Assembly: GCA_029262475.1 (NCBI GenBank)
Contig: JAJCZG010000025.1
Location: 8,224-72,223, forward strand
From: Deltaproteobacteria bacterium
GTDB lineage: Bacteria > Desulfobacterota > GWC2-55-46 > JAJCZF01
DNA length: 64,000 nt
Reading direction: 5' to 3'
Positions 1 through 9,580 of the stretch are shown in pieces (position 1 is the first letter of the stretch; every line of letters begins with the position of its first letter). Made by a program: the position numbers and the translations under genes. The notes beneath the pieces were generated by a model, which ran no database searches, was not told the DNA's origin, and saw only the letters and a program-made list of their open reading frames with translations.

Positions 1-14
1 AGAGGTGCGGCTAA

Positions 15-788
15 GTGGAAGAGAGGCTTTTTTATGTTGAGGCGCTTTCGAGCAGTGACGAGGCCGTAGAGCTTTCCGGAGACGAGTTACGGCATCTTAA
101 GAAGGTCGTAAGGTTAAAGCCCGGAAACACGCTAAAACTCTTTAACGGCAAAGGGCTCATGGCCGAGGCCGAAGTGGAGAGCATTGGCCCGTCCATAGCG
201 TTGCTTAGGGTTAAGGCCTTTTACGAGTCGGAAGTAGGCGAGAGCTCGCTTGGGATAAGCCTTTTACAGGGGCTCCTGAAGGGGGATAAGAACGAGCTTA
301 TAGTGCAGAAGGCCACCGAGCTCGGTGTAGGCAGGGTGGTCTTTTTTAATGCCGAACACTCTGTTGCAAAGGCCTCGGGCGTACAGGTCGAGGCCAAGCT
401 TAAGCGCCTTAAGAGGGTGGCGCTCGAGGCCGCGAAGCAGTGCGGGCGTTCCGTCTTGCCGGTGATAGATTTAAAGGACGACCTCGAAGCCGCAGTGCTA
501 GCCTGCGGGGAGGTATCCTGTAAGATTCTCTTCTCAGAGGTAGAGGAGGAGCGCGGCTTAAAAGATTTTATGCGCGAGAGCGGAGGTGCCCCCCCCGCCG
601 CCAATAGATCCGCCGTGGCACTTATCGTAGGCCCGGAGGGCGGCTTCTCCTGCGAGGAGACGGCTTTTTTAGCGGTTAAAGCGGGCTTTACACCCGTTAG
701 AATCGGCCCGAGGCGTCTTAGGGCCGAGACTGCGGCTATTACCGCCCTGAGCCTCGTTCAGTATGAGGTGGGCGACCTTGGTCGGTAA
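15..788 (+). CDS. rsmE: 16S rRNA (uracil1498-N3)-methyltransferase RsmE. GTG start at 15; the true start could lie upstream of the window edge.
   Basis: N-terminal PUA-like region followed by an SPOUT fold. The motifs LKLFNGKG...AEV and the C-terminal GPEGGFS...E match the RsmE family. Confidence 0.8.
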   Translation: MEERLFYVEALSSSDEAVELSGDELRHLKKVVRLKPGNTLKLFNGKGLMAEAEVESIGPSIALLRVKAFYESEVGESSLGISLLQGLLKGDKNELIVQKATELGVGRVVFFNAEHSVAKASGVQVEAKLKRLKRVALEAAKQCGRSVLPVIDLKDDLEAAVLACGEVSCKILFSEVEEERGLKDFMRESGGAPPAANRSAVALIVGPEGGFSCEETAFLAVKAGFTPVRIGPRRLRAETAAITALSLVQYEVGDLGR

Positions 789-882
789 AGACTCTGAGCA
801 GGCAGCCGAAGCAAAGACGCACGTCAGTTAAGTAAACCTTAAAAGTCACCCCCGGTAGGGGGCAATTGATTGGATAACGATT

Positions 883-2205
883 TTGGAGATAACTATAATA
901 GGAGGCGGGCTTGCTGGCTCGGAGGCGGCGTGGATTGCGAGAAAACTCGGTATGGATGTTACGCTCTACGAGATGAAACCCGTTAAGTTTTCACCGGCCC
1001 ACCGGCTCACCGGGCTCTCGGAGCTTGTTTGCAGTAACTCCCTGAAATCCAAGAGCATGGAGAATTCTTCGGGGCTACTTAAAGAAGAGATGCGCGCCAT
1101 GGGCTCCCTCGTAATAGAGGCGGCCGAGGCTACAAGCGTCCCTGCGGGCGGGGCGTTAGCCGTGGATAGGGAGCTGTTTTCCGAGTATATCACTGAAAAG
1201 ATTACCGGCGCGGGGATAAGGCTTATTCGTGGTGAGGTTACGGAAATCCCCGCATCGAGGCCTGTGGTAGTAGCCACGGGTCCGCTAACCTCTGATGCGC
1301 TCGCGAAAGATATTGAGGCCATTGTCGGGGGTGGATGCCTCGCCTTCTACGACGCCGTAAGCCCGGTTATTTCTGCCGAGAGCATAGATACGTCCGTGGC
1401 CTTCCGGGCGTCACGGTACGGCAAGGGGGATAGCGACTACATGAACTGTCCGATGAATGAAGCTGAGTACACGAGCTTCGTTACTGAGCTAGTAGGGGCT
1501 GAGAGGGCGGAGATAAGAGATTTTGAGGACGTCTCCTACTTCGAGGGGTGCCTTCCGGTGGAGGTGATGGCAGAGCGCGGCCCCTTAACACTCGCATTCG
1601 GCCCTCTTAAGCCGGTCGGCTTCACCGACCCGCGCACCGGGGAGCGCCCATTCGCGGTGGTGCAGCTTAGGATGGAGAATAAAGAGGGTACGCTCTACAA
1701 TATGGTCGGCTTTCAGACTCGCCTTAAATACGGAGAACAAAAGAGAATCTTTAGCCTCATCCCGGGCCTCGGCAGTGCCGAGTTCGTAAGGCTCGGAAAG
1801 GTACACAGAAATAGCTACCTCCGCTCTCCTGGTCTCCTCGCCGGTACTCTTGAATTAAAGAAGGAGGATGGCGGCGTATTCTTCGCCGGGCAGTTTACCG
1901 GCGTGGAGGGGTATCTCGAGAGCGCCGCCACCGGCATAATCGCCGGTATAAACGCATATAGGAACGCCATGGACAAGGAGGGCGTAACGCCTCCGGAGAC
2001 GACTATTACCGGCGCGCTCCTAAAATATATCTCCGAAGAGAGGGAAGAGGGGAGTAAGGCGGATTTTCAGCCCATGAACGCCAACTTCGGGCTGCTGCCG
2101 CTCATAAAGGCGAAGAAGAAGGATAGAAAGAGGCTCTACGCCGAGAGGGCGCTAACCGATATTACGGGCTGGATAGAGGAGAGCGAAGCGCTTTTAAAGG
2201 TATAG
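883..2205 (+). CDS. trmFO: Methylenetetrahydrofolate--tRNA-(uracil54-C5)-methyltransferase TrmFO (Gid)
   Basis: N-terminal FAD-binding motif [12 protein letters not shown]. The 440-aa length and overall sequence are typical of TrmFO. Confidence 0.85.
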   Translation: MEITIIGGGLAGSEAAWIARKLGMDVTLYEMKPVKFSPAHRLTGLSELVCSNSLKSKSMENSSGLLKEEMRAMGSLVIEAAEATSVPAGGALAVDRELFSEYITEKITGAGIRLIRGEVTEIPASRPVVVATGPLTSDALAKDIEAIVGGGCLAFYDAVSPVISAESIDTSVAFRASRYGKGDSDYMNCPMNEAEYTSFVTELVGAERAEIRDFEDVSYFEGCLPVEVMAERGPLTLAFGPLKPVGFTDPRTGERPFAVVQLRMENKEGTLYNMVGFQTRLKYGEQKRIFSLIPGLGSAEFVRLGKVHRNSYLRSPGLLAGTLELKKEDGGVFFAGQFTGVEGYLESAATGIIAGINAYRNAMDKEGVTPPETTITGALLKYISEEREEGSKADFQPMNANFGLLPLIKAKKKDRKRLYAERALTDITGWIEESEALLKV

Positions 2206-2225
2206 ACGAGATGCGGGGGGGTGGG

Positions 2226-3599
2226 CTACCCGGTAGTCTCTTCTGTGGCCTCTTTCTCTTTACTGGCTTCGTCTTTAAAGAAGTTACTGATATTGATCTT
2301 CTTCGATATGGTATTTTCCGGGCTTAATACACTGAAATTGTGCTCGGCATTAAGGTCCAGGGTAATCTCCTCTTCGTGGTCGATCTCCCGGCCCTTGTCG
2401 TCAAGGATTAACCGGACCGTCGGGTCGCCGGAACCTGCGGCGTCTACGGCGGTTACGATTCCAACGTTGCCGTCTGGAAACTGCATAAGGGTTCCGATGG
2501 GGTATACGCCTAGTAGTTTAATGAATGCGCTGAAGACCCCCGGGTGGAAATGCGAGTTGACAAGACCGTTCATTATCTTTACCGCTTCTATAGGGAGGTG
2601 TCTCCTCTGGTAGACGCGAAGTGTCGTAAGAGCGTCGTATGCGTCGGCGACGCATACGATCTGGCCTATGGCTAACGGTTTTGTGTAAATATCGGCCTTA
2701 GGGTAGCCGCTGTTGTCGTACCTCATGTGGTGCTCGTAAATTACCCTTATGACCGCTTCGTCTAGTCCCTCCATTCTTTTTGCAATGTCTGAGCCTACAA
2801 TCGGGTGGGCCTTGAGCTTCTCCCATTCTCCGCCTGAGAGTGCAGAGGTCTTTTTATAGATATCCTCCGATACGGCTATCTTTCCGAGGTCGTGGAGGAG
2901 GCCGCCGATGCCGAGGTTAGTTAAGTCGGTCTTATCGAGCTCCATGATCTTGCCTATCGAGACCGAAAGCAGCCCGACGTTAACACAGTGGGTGTAGAGG
3001 TAGTCGTCGTAGTCCTTGATCATTGTAAGGCCGATTATGGAGCTCGGGTCCGTAAGGATCGTATCCGTCATCTCGGTAACGATCTCCCTGATGCCTGAAG
3101 AGTTCGGGATCTTGCCCATGCGCAGATCGCCCATTACACTATGCATTACCTCTATGGCGTCGTCATATATTTCTATGGTTAGGCGTTCGCCCTTGACGAT
3201 GGCCCTTATCTTAATGCGCTTAACCCCCTTAGCCCGGAGGAGCCTGTCCATCTCCAGGGCGGTAGTCTTTTGGTCGGAGTAGAGGGTGTTAAGGACATTC
3301 TTTAGTTCCTCTTCGGAGAAACCCTTCTCAAATATAATGGCTTCGACGTTCTTTTTCTTGAGGCAGCCCAGGAGTTCCGGGAACCTGTCGTTGGCGTCCA
3401 TTACGGGTATGTCGTCGAAGACCATCTCCTCTTCTATCATTCCGAAGAAGGCGCTCTCTTCACCCGAAATATACTCGGTGATGGCCCTGTAGGTTTTACT
3501 TATTATGGTATCCAGGACTATGTGCCCGGACGGATAGAGCTTTTTGTTCTTAAGCGCCCCGTTAATATTTTGAAGTATAATGTCTGACTTTGTCGTCAT
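2226..3599 (-). CDS. HD-GYP domain protein, a probable c-di-GMP phosphodiesterase, with an N-terminal extension of unknown function
   Basis: HD motif GLLHDLGK and YEHHMRYDNSGYP (HD...GYP) in the C-terminal half. The start codon overlaps the stop of the upstream HEAT-repeat gene. Confidence 0.8.
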   Translation of the reverse strand: MTTKSDIILQNINGALKNKKLYPSGHIVLDTIISKTYRAITEYISGEESAFFGMIEEEMVFDDIPVMDANDRFPELLGCLKKKNVEAIIFEKGFSEEELKNVLNTLYSDQKTTALEMDRLLRAKGVKRIKIRAIVKGERLTIEIYDDAIEVMHSVMGDLRMGKIPNSSGIREIVTEMTDTILTDPSSIIGLTMIKDYDDYLYTHCVNVGLLSVSIGKIMELDKTDLTNLGIGGLLHDLGKIAVSEDIYKKTSALSGGEWEKLKAHPIVGSDIAKRMEGLDEAVIRVIYEHHMRYDNSGYPKADIYTKPLAIGQIVCVADAYDALTTLRVYQRRHLPIEAVKIMNGLVNSHFHPGVFSAFIKLLGVYPIGTLMQFPDGNVGIVTAVDAAGSGDPTVRLILDDKGREIDHEEEITLDLNAEHNFSVLSPENTISKKINISNFFKDEASKEKEATEETTG

Positions 3600-5185
3600 T
3601 GGTCTATTCTCTCAAGCACCCTTAAACAGACCTTTAGGGTCTGGCCGCCGTAGCGCTCCGATGCCTTCCTGATTAATTCGGTGGCCTCTTCTCCGCCAAT
3701 CTTGCCGAGCGACTCGGCTGCGATGCAGCGGATTTCGTTATACGCCTCTTTATGAAGCCATACCTTAAGGAAGAGGATCTTCTTAAGGTATGGTACTGCG
3801 TCCTCGCTCTTAATGAAACCAAGGGCCTTGATGGCCTCTTTCTTCAGTTTGATTCTCTCCTTGAATCTTTCAGTCTTTAAGGCTATCCTGCCGAGCGGCT
3901 CTACGGCCGAAGGGTTCTTTAGTATCCCCAAAGATATTATTGCCTGTCCTTGAAGGGATATATCTTTATTCTCCTTTAGGGCCGCCATGAGGTGTTTGAG
4001 AGAAGCCTCGGACGGGATCCTGGTTAGTGACTTAAGGACTTCTTTCTTGACCCGTTTGTCTGTATGTGAATACGCCTCGATTATCTTCTCCGTAGAGGCC
4101 TGGTCGCCTATTTCGCCCAGGAGTGCGAGCATCTGCCTTACGGCATACCAGCGGTCGTCTTTAAGCCTCTTCTCCACTTCGGGCCTTATCCTGGAGCCGA
4201 AGCCAACGGCGGTTTTAAATATCCTGTGCCTCGCCTTCGCGTCGTCGAGGTTAAGGAGGAGCGTCAGGAGAGTGTTATGGACCTCTGTTCCGCCGTGGAG
4301 GAGTATCAAAGCCGTCTTGTTGAAGTCCTCTTCTTTCTTGAGGACGAAGCCGTCCAGGAGGTAGTTTACGCATTTGGCGGTAAGCAGCTCCACCATCACA
4401 TCCCCGGCGATACGTTTTAACGCCTCGGGAAGGTTGCTTTCATCTCCAAGGTGCAAGGCGTATGTTTTAAGTATTTCGGTTATGCTTTGATATTGTTCCT
4501 CCGCTTCGAGGATCGACGCAAGCTCCGTTATCCTGACGGAGAGATCCTGGTATTTTATCAGATCTCTCTCCTCTTTCAACTCACCGAGGAGTTCGTCCAG
4601 CAGAGCTTCACGGCCTTGCTCCCCGTCCGTTCCACCCGGGGAGAGTTCGTCTTGAGCTTCGATGCCTTCATCCTCCCGTCCTTCATCATCGTCATCATCG
4701 TCGGTCAGGTTATCCGTATCCTCAAGGGCGGCCTGTTCTTCTATAAGCTTTTCAAGGGCGGCCGGGGTCATCTCGTTAAGACGTATCCCCAAAACCCTCT
4801 TCCTCGCCATGTAGACCTTTACCCCTCCCATGTCGCGGAGCTCTTCATGGTCGAAGATTATAAGTGAGAAGAAGTGCCTGAGCTCTTCTATGGTAACAAG
4901 AGGGGTAAAGACTACCTCCTTTATACGCCGTATCAGTAATTCTTTTGTAAGTTGTTGTATCTTCGGTAACTTCTGTAAGAGAGGCGTCTTATTAAAGAAG
5001 ATGCCTTTGAAGTCGACGGTCCATTTTATATCGCCGGTCTCGGCGGTAAGCTTTACAATGTTCTGGTGGGTCTTGGTGAGTATCTCATCGAGTTTGGGGT
5101 GCCCGTCAGGATAGAGTTGAAGTGTCTTGACAGCCCTAACCAGTTCATTTAAGATGTTACTATGTTCTATGGCGTTTTTTGTCAT
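3596..5185 (-). CDS. HEAT-repeat (PBS-lyase-like) protein with a poly-Asp/Glu tract; function unknown
   Basis: The C-terminal 250 aa form repeated ~30-aa helical units (AxxALGxIG...). An acidic tract DDDDDDEGREDEG sits mid-protein. It is co-oriented with, and overlaps by 4 bp, the HD-GYP gene. Confidence 0.6.
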   Translation of the reverse strand: MTKNAIEHSNILNELVRAVKTLQLYPDGHPKLDEILTKTHQNIVKLTAETGDIKWTVDFKGIFFNKTPLLQKLPKIQQLTKELLIRRIKEVVFTPLVTIEELRHFFSLIIFDHEELRDMGGVKVYMARKRVLGIRLNEMTPAALEKLIEEQAALEDTDNLTDDDDDDEGREDEGIEAQDELSPGGTDGEQGREALLDELLGELKEERDLIKYQDLSVRITELASILEAEEQYQSITEILKTYALHLGDESNLPEALKRIAGDVMVELLTAKCVNYLLDGFVLKKEEDFNKTALILLHGGTEVHNTLLTLLLNLDDAKARHRIFKTAVGFGSRIRPEVEKRLKDDRWYAVRQMLALLGEIGDQASTEKIIEAYSHTDKRVKKEVLKSLTRIPSEASLKHLMAALKENKDISLQGQAIISLGILKNPSAVEPLGRIALKTERFKERIKLKKEAIKALGFIKSEDAVPYLKKILFLKVWLHKEAYNEIRCIAAESLGKIGGEEATELIRKASERYGGQTLKVCLRVLERIDQ

Positions 5186-5320
5186 AATGCCTGATTTAGC
5201 AAGTGGGATATGAACGATTTATTATATACTGTGACGTCAGGTGAATGCAAGGGACGTATTTACTCCATTAATTCATTTAGCACTTTTTTCAGAAAAATTC
5301 AATAGCTACGCCGGATTTTT

Positions 5321-6685
5321 ATGGTAAAGGCCAGATTAATTTATGTCTGCTCTTCATGCGGCGGCACCTCATCGAAATGGCTCGGCAGATGCCCGTCATG
5401 CAGCGAATGGAATACGCTCGTCGAGGAGAAGTGCTCCGGGGAGAGGAGAAAGGGGCTCGTCGTCCTTAGCGGCAAGGGGCGGCCCGTGCCCATCTCCGAG
5501 CTTAAGGGCTCGAATGAAGCGCGTATTACTACCGGCATAGGCGAGGTAGACCGGGTGCTTGGCGGCGGTATAGTGCACGGCTCCGCAATCCTTATCGGCG
5601 GCGAGCCCGGGATAGGTAAATCCACGCTCCTCCTTCAGGTGGCCTCCAACCTGGCGGAGCTCGGTAACAGGGTCCTCTACGTAACCGGCGAGGAGAGCGC
5701 AAGGCAGATTCGAATAAGGGCCGAGCGCCTCGGGTTTTTGCCGGATACGCTCTTCGTCTACCCCGAGACATGTATTGAAAGGGTTCTTGAGGCTTCTTCG
5801 GAGCTAAAACCGTCTATAATTATTATCGATTCCATTCAGACGGTATTTACCGAGACGGTTGAGAGCGCTCCGGGCTCGGTTAGCCAGGTGAGGGAATCGG
5901 CCGCAGTACTTATAGCCAACTCCAGGAGTGGAGACGTACCTCTTTTTCTTGTCGGTCACGTTACCAAGGACGGCTCGCTTGCGGGCCCGAGGGTCCTTGA
6001 GCATATGGTCGATACGGTACTCTACTTCGAGGGTGAGCAGAGCCACCAGTTCAGGGTCCTAAGGGCTGTTAAGAACCGCTACGGCTCGTCGATGGAGCTT
6101 GGCGTCTTCGAGATGAAGGATTCGGGGCTAATGGAGGTTGAGGACCCGTCGATGGTCTTTCTGGCGGATAGGCCCGTAGGGAGTTCCGGCTCGGCGATTA
6201 CCTCAAGTATAGAGGGCACCCGGAGCCTCCTCGTCGAGATACAGGCTCTCGTCTCTCCGACCCCCTTCGGTGTGCCGAGGCGTACAGTCGTCGGCGTCGA
6301 TTACAACAGGGTCTTGCTCCTCTGCGCGGTGCTGGAGAAGAGGGTCGGCATAGAGCTTGCAGGCAGTGATATCTATATAAAGGTAGCCGGAGGGCTTAAG
6401 CTCGACGAGCCGGCAGTGGACCTGGCGGTCGTAGCCGCTATGGTGTCAAACCACCTTGATAAGGCGATAGAAGCAAAGACAGCCGTCTTCGGGGAGGTGG
6501 GGCTCGCCGGAGAGATAAGGGCCGTAAGCGGGGCGGCGTCAAGGCTTAAAGAGGCTAAGAGGCTCGGCTTTACACGGGTCGTAATGCCTAAGGATAATTT
6601 AAAGGAAATTAAAGGGATAAAGGGTGTCGAGGCCATTGGCGTATCCCTTCTGGGTGACGCCGTGGACTCTTTTTTCGCCCTTTAG
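5321..6685 (+). CDS. radA: DNA repair protein RadA/Sms
   Basis: N-terminal C4 zinc ribbon (CSSCG...CPSC), Walker A GEPGIGKST, the KNRYG motif, and a C-terminal Lon-like domain. Confidence 0.9.
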   Translation: MVKARLIYVCSSCGGTSSKWLGRCPSCSEWNTLVEEKCSGERRKGLVVLSGKGRPVPISELKGSNEARITTGIGEVDRVLGGGIVHGSAILIGGEPGIGKSTLLLQVASNLAELGNRVLYVTGEESARQIRIRAERLGFLPDTLFVYPETCIERVLEASSELKPSIIIIDSIQTVFTETVESAPGSVSQVRESAAVLIANSRSGDVPLFLVGHVTKDGSLAGPRVLEHMVDTVLYFEGEQSHQFRVLRAVKNRYGSSMELGVFEMKDSGLMEVEDPSMVFLADRPVGSSGSAITSSIEGTRSLLVEIQALVSPTPFGVPRRTVVGVDYNRVLLLCAVLEKRVGIELAGSDIYIKVAGGLKLDEPAVDLAVVAAMVSNHLDKAIEAKTAVFGEVGLAGEIRAVSGAASRLKEAKRLGFTRVVMPKDNLKEIKGIKGVEAIGVSLLGDAVDSFFAL

Positions 6686-6690
6686 CGTCC

Positions 6691-8799
6691 TTGATCTTAC
6701 ATTACAGACGGAGAAGAAACTTGCCGGTCAAAAGAACGCTCTTACTGGTTATCGCTTTATTTATGCTGTTTATCGGTATGCCGCCGTCGAAGGCCCTCTC
6801 AGAAGCTGCTCCTAAAGGGACTTACCTGAGCGACAGGGCACAGCTCAACTACGCCGAATTTCTCCTTACCGACGGAGATTACCCCGGGGCGGTTAGAGAG
6901 TTCGAGAGGTTTATAGCCCTCTTCCCCGGAAGCCCGTATATCTCAAAGGCGCAGTTCAAGGTCGCCGAATCCTATATAGGTGAAGGCAACTACAGAGCCG
7001 CCGGAGAGGTTTTGGATATGTTTGTAAAAAACTTCCCGAGTGACCCGCTTGCGGCCGAAGCGGAACTCATGCGCTGGACGCTCGCCGGAGAGGGTTCGCT
7101 CGCCGAGTACTCCACCGCCGGAGTAAAGGTGGTAATGCCGGCACTTACGGCCTCCGCGTTAGACGATGCTCCTCATAAGGACCTTTTTGAAGAGGCATTA
7201 TCCGCCGCCGACGGCGATGTGCTTGAGATGGCTCATGCAGATGACCCACAGGCAGAGGAGACCGCAACCGGAACGGCTGCGGCTATAATGGAAGCCGCAC
7301 CCTTGTTGGAGACGGAGAAGGCCTCTTTACCATTGGAGCTCCCCGTACCAGGCGGCTCGCCAAGGCGGAGCGTTACAGTGGAGAAAGCCCCGCTATGGGT
7401 GCCGCCATTCTCGGCCAGTGTCGAAGACCCTATTGAAGAACCGCTTAACGATGATTCACTCGCACTTCTCTATCCGAACGCCACTTTGCCCTCAGATTCT
7501 GCTAAAAAAAGCACTCTCCCTGCGCAGTTAATTACGGAAGAGCCGGGCCCCGGAGCTGGCCTGAAAGAGATCGTAGCCGATATAAAGGATACGGCGCCGG
7601 CGCTAAAAGAGGAGGTTGTGCCTGCCGCTACCGAGGTGCCTGCCGTCTCTGCTTTCCAGGATAGAGTGGAAGAAGATGCCGGGGGACCGCTCAGGGCAGT
7701 GCAGGTTATGTACTTTAACGGCCGTAGCATGGACGAGATAGAAGACGAGATGGAGGTGCTCGCCTCGAGCGGGATAAATACCATAATAGTAAGGGTCTTT
7801 CATAACGACGGAGATACGCTCTACCCGCATATCAAGGCCGGGGGTGTTGATGCCGATAACACAGGTGCCGGGGTCTACTTTAAATCCGCGCACTCGCCTG
7901 TAATTTCTGATATGCTCGCGGGTATTACAGAGCGGGCGCATTATCATGGTCTGGACGTATTCGCCTGGATGACGACGAGGTATGCGGACTACGGCATTGA
8001 ACTCCGCGACGATCTCGCCTGCAGGAGTTACGACATCTCTACCGGAGATATCGTAAGGTGCAAAGGGTTGGACGTATTTAACGAAGCGGTCGTGGAGAGG
8101 CTCTCCAGTATCTATTCCGAGCTCGCCTCATACGACATAGACGGCATACTTTTTCAAGACGACCTCGTTTTGAGGCATACCGAAGGTTTTGGGGCGCATG
8201 CAGCCGACAAGTACATGGAGGAGACGGGCAGAGTTCTCTCGCCAAAAACCCTCTACACCCCTAAGAGCGAGGGTGGCGGGGTCAATTATACCCCGGAGTT
8301 CTGGAGATGGGCCTCATGGAAGAACAAAAAGCTCCTTGGCTTGACAGAAGAGCTTAAGCGCTCGGCGAGGGAGGTAAACCCGGGTATCAAGTTCGCCATT
8401 AACCTCATGTACGAGGCCGTCACCAACCCCGGCGGCTCTCTCGCATGGCTCTCGCAGGACCTTAAAAAGGCACGCGATATCGGCTTTGATTATTACTCCA
8501 TCATGGCCTACCATAGGCAGATGGGCGAGGAACTCGGAAAAAATCACGCCGAGATAAAGGAGATGATAGCGACTCTCGTGGCAGACGCCGTGGATATCGT
8601 CGGCGAGCCGGGTAAGGTGCTTATAAAGTTTCAGACTATTGATTGGAATACGGGTCGCTTGATCCCCTACGGCGAGGTTATAGGTCTCGTACGTTCAGTA
8701 CGGGGCATGGAGGATGTGAGTATGGCGGTGGTGCCTTATAAAAAAGGCTTTCCGTTCTACGAGTTGACGCTTGATAACGATCTTGTCTTCCTGAAATGA
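6691..8799 (+). CDS. Exported or membrane-anchored protein with an N-terminal TPR-like domain, a low-complexity Ala/Glu/Pro-rich linker, and a C-terminal glycoside-hydrolase-like TIM-barrel domain (GHL/DUF4015-like)
   Basis: Hydrophobic N-terminus, then YbgF-like TPR sequence (FERFIALFPGSPYISKAQFKVAESY). The linker spans about 170 aa. The C-terminal half (VQVMYFNGRS...GINTIIVRVFHNDG...) resembles GH-like family 10 / PgaB-C-like hydrolases. The start codon is uncertain. Confidence 0.5.
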   Translation: MILHYRRRRNLPVKRTLLLVIALFMLFIGMPPSKALSEAAPKGTYLSDRAQLNYAEFLLTDGDYPGAVREFERFIALFPGSPYISKAQFKVAESYIGEGNYRAAGEVLDMFVKNFPSDPLAAEAELMRWTLAGEGSLAEYSTAGVKVVMPALTASALDDAPHKDLFEEALSAADGDVLEMAHADDPQAEETATGTAAAIMEAAPLLETEKASLPLELPVPGGSPRRSVTVEKAPLWVPPFSASVEDPIEEPLNDDSLALLYPNATLPSDSAKKSTLPAQLITEEPGPGAGLKEIVADIKDTAPALKEEVVPAATEVPAVSAFQDRVEEDAGGPLRAVQVMYFNGRSMDEIEDEMEVLASSGINTIIVRVFHNDGDTLYPHIKAGGVDADNTGAGVYFKSAHSPVISDMLAGITERAHYHGLDVFAWMTTRYADYGIELRDDLACRSYDISTGDIVRCKGLDVFNEAVVERLSSIYSELASYDIDGILFQDDLVLRHTEGFGAHAADKYMEETGRVLSPKTLYTPKSEGGGVNYTPEFWRWASWKNKKLLGLTEELKRSAREVNPGIKFAINLMYEAVTNPGGSLAWLSQDLKKARDIGFDYYSIMAYHRQMGEELGKNHAEIKEMIATLVADAVDIVGEPGKVLIKFQTIDWNTGRLIPYGEVIGLVRSVRGMEDVSMAVVPYKKGFPFYELTLDNDLVFLK

Positions 8800-8826
8800 T
8801 CTCTAAATAAAGGTGTCATAATATTT

Positions 8827-9537
8827 ATGCAAAAGGAGAGCGTCTGCGCGGTCTGTGACTGCGTTATAAAGGACAATACCTTCTTTTCTGATCTCGCCGC
8901 AAAACATGTCGAGCTCTTTAAGGATAATGTCGCCACATCCCTATATAAAAAGAGCGAGGTGGTCTTCCTCGAAGGAGATAGGTGTACGGGTCTCTACATA
9001 ATCCGTTACGGCAGGGTAAAGCTCGTAAGGAGTTCCGTCTCCGGTAAAGAGCAGATAATTAAGATTCTCGAACCTGGAGACCTCCTGGGGCTAGAGGCCT
9101 TCTACCACGGTGAAAAGTATTCGAATACAGCCGTGGCAATGGAGGAGGGGGATCTCTGCTACATAGAAAGAGACAGGTTTTTTGATATACTAAAGAAGGA
9201 ACCGGAGATATCGGCAAGGCTTATCGGGGCGCTTAGCAGGGAATTAGACCACGCATATGAGCGTATCGGAAACCTTGGTCTTTTAAACGCCAGGGGGAAG
9301 CTCGCGCACCTCCTCCTCACCCTAGCCAGGGAGTACGGGGTGGTCGAAGACGGTACGGTAAGGCTCCACTTAAACCTCTCAAGGCTTGAGATAGCCGAGC
9401 TCCTCGGCATCACCCAGGAGACGAGCATCAGGCTCTTAAAGAGCTTCAAGGAAGAGGGAATACTCGATATAAGGCGAAAAGAGCTGATAATAAAGTCCGT
9501 TGAGAGGTTAAGCGGCATAAGCGGGGCAGGGGACTGA
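8827..9537 (+). CDS. Crp/Fnr-family transcription regulator, FNR-like, with an N-terminal Cys cluster
   Basis: cNMP-binding beta-roll (GDLLGLEAF) plus a C-terminal HTH (RLEIAELLGITQETSIRLLK). N-terminal CAVCDC, and a Cys in a DLCYIE context equivalent to FNR Cys122. Confidence 0.75.
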   Translation: MQKESVCAVCDCVIKDNTFFSDLAAKHVELFKDNVATSLYKKSEVVFLEGDRCTGLYIIRYGRVKLVRSSVSGKEQIIKILEPGDLLGLEAFYHGEKYSNTAVAMEEGDLCYIERDRFFDILKKEPEISARLIGALSRELDHAYERIGNLGLLNARGKLAHLLLTLAREYGVVEDGTVRLHLNLSRLEIAELLGITQETSIRLLKSFKEEGILDIRRKELIIKSVERLSGISGAGD

Positions 9538-9580
9538 CATGGGCGGCATCGAAGTCGTATCCCTTTGGTAGATTAGAGAT

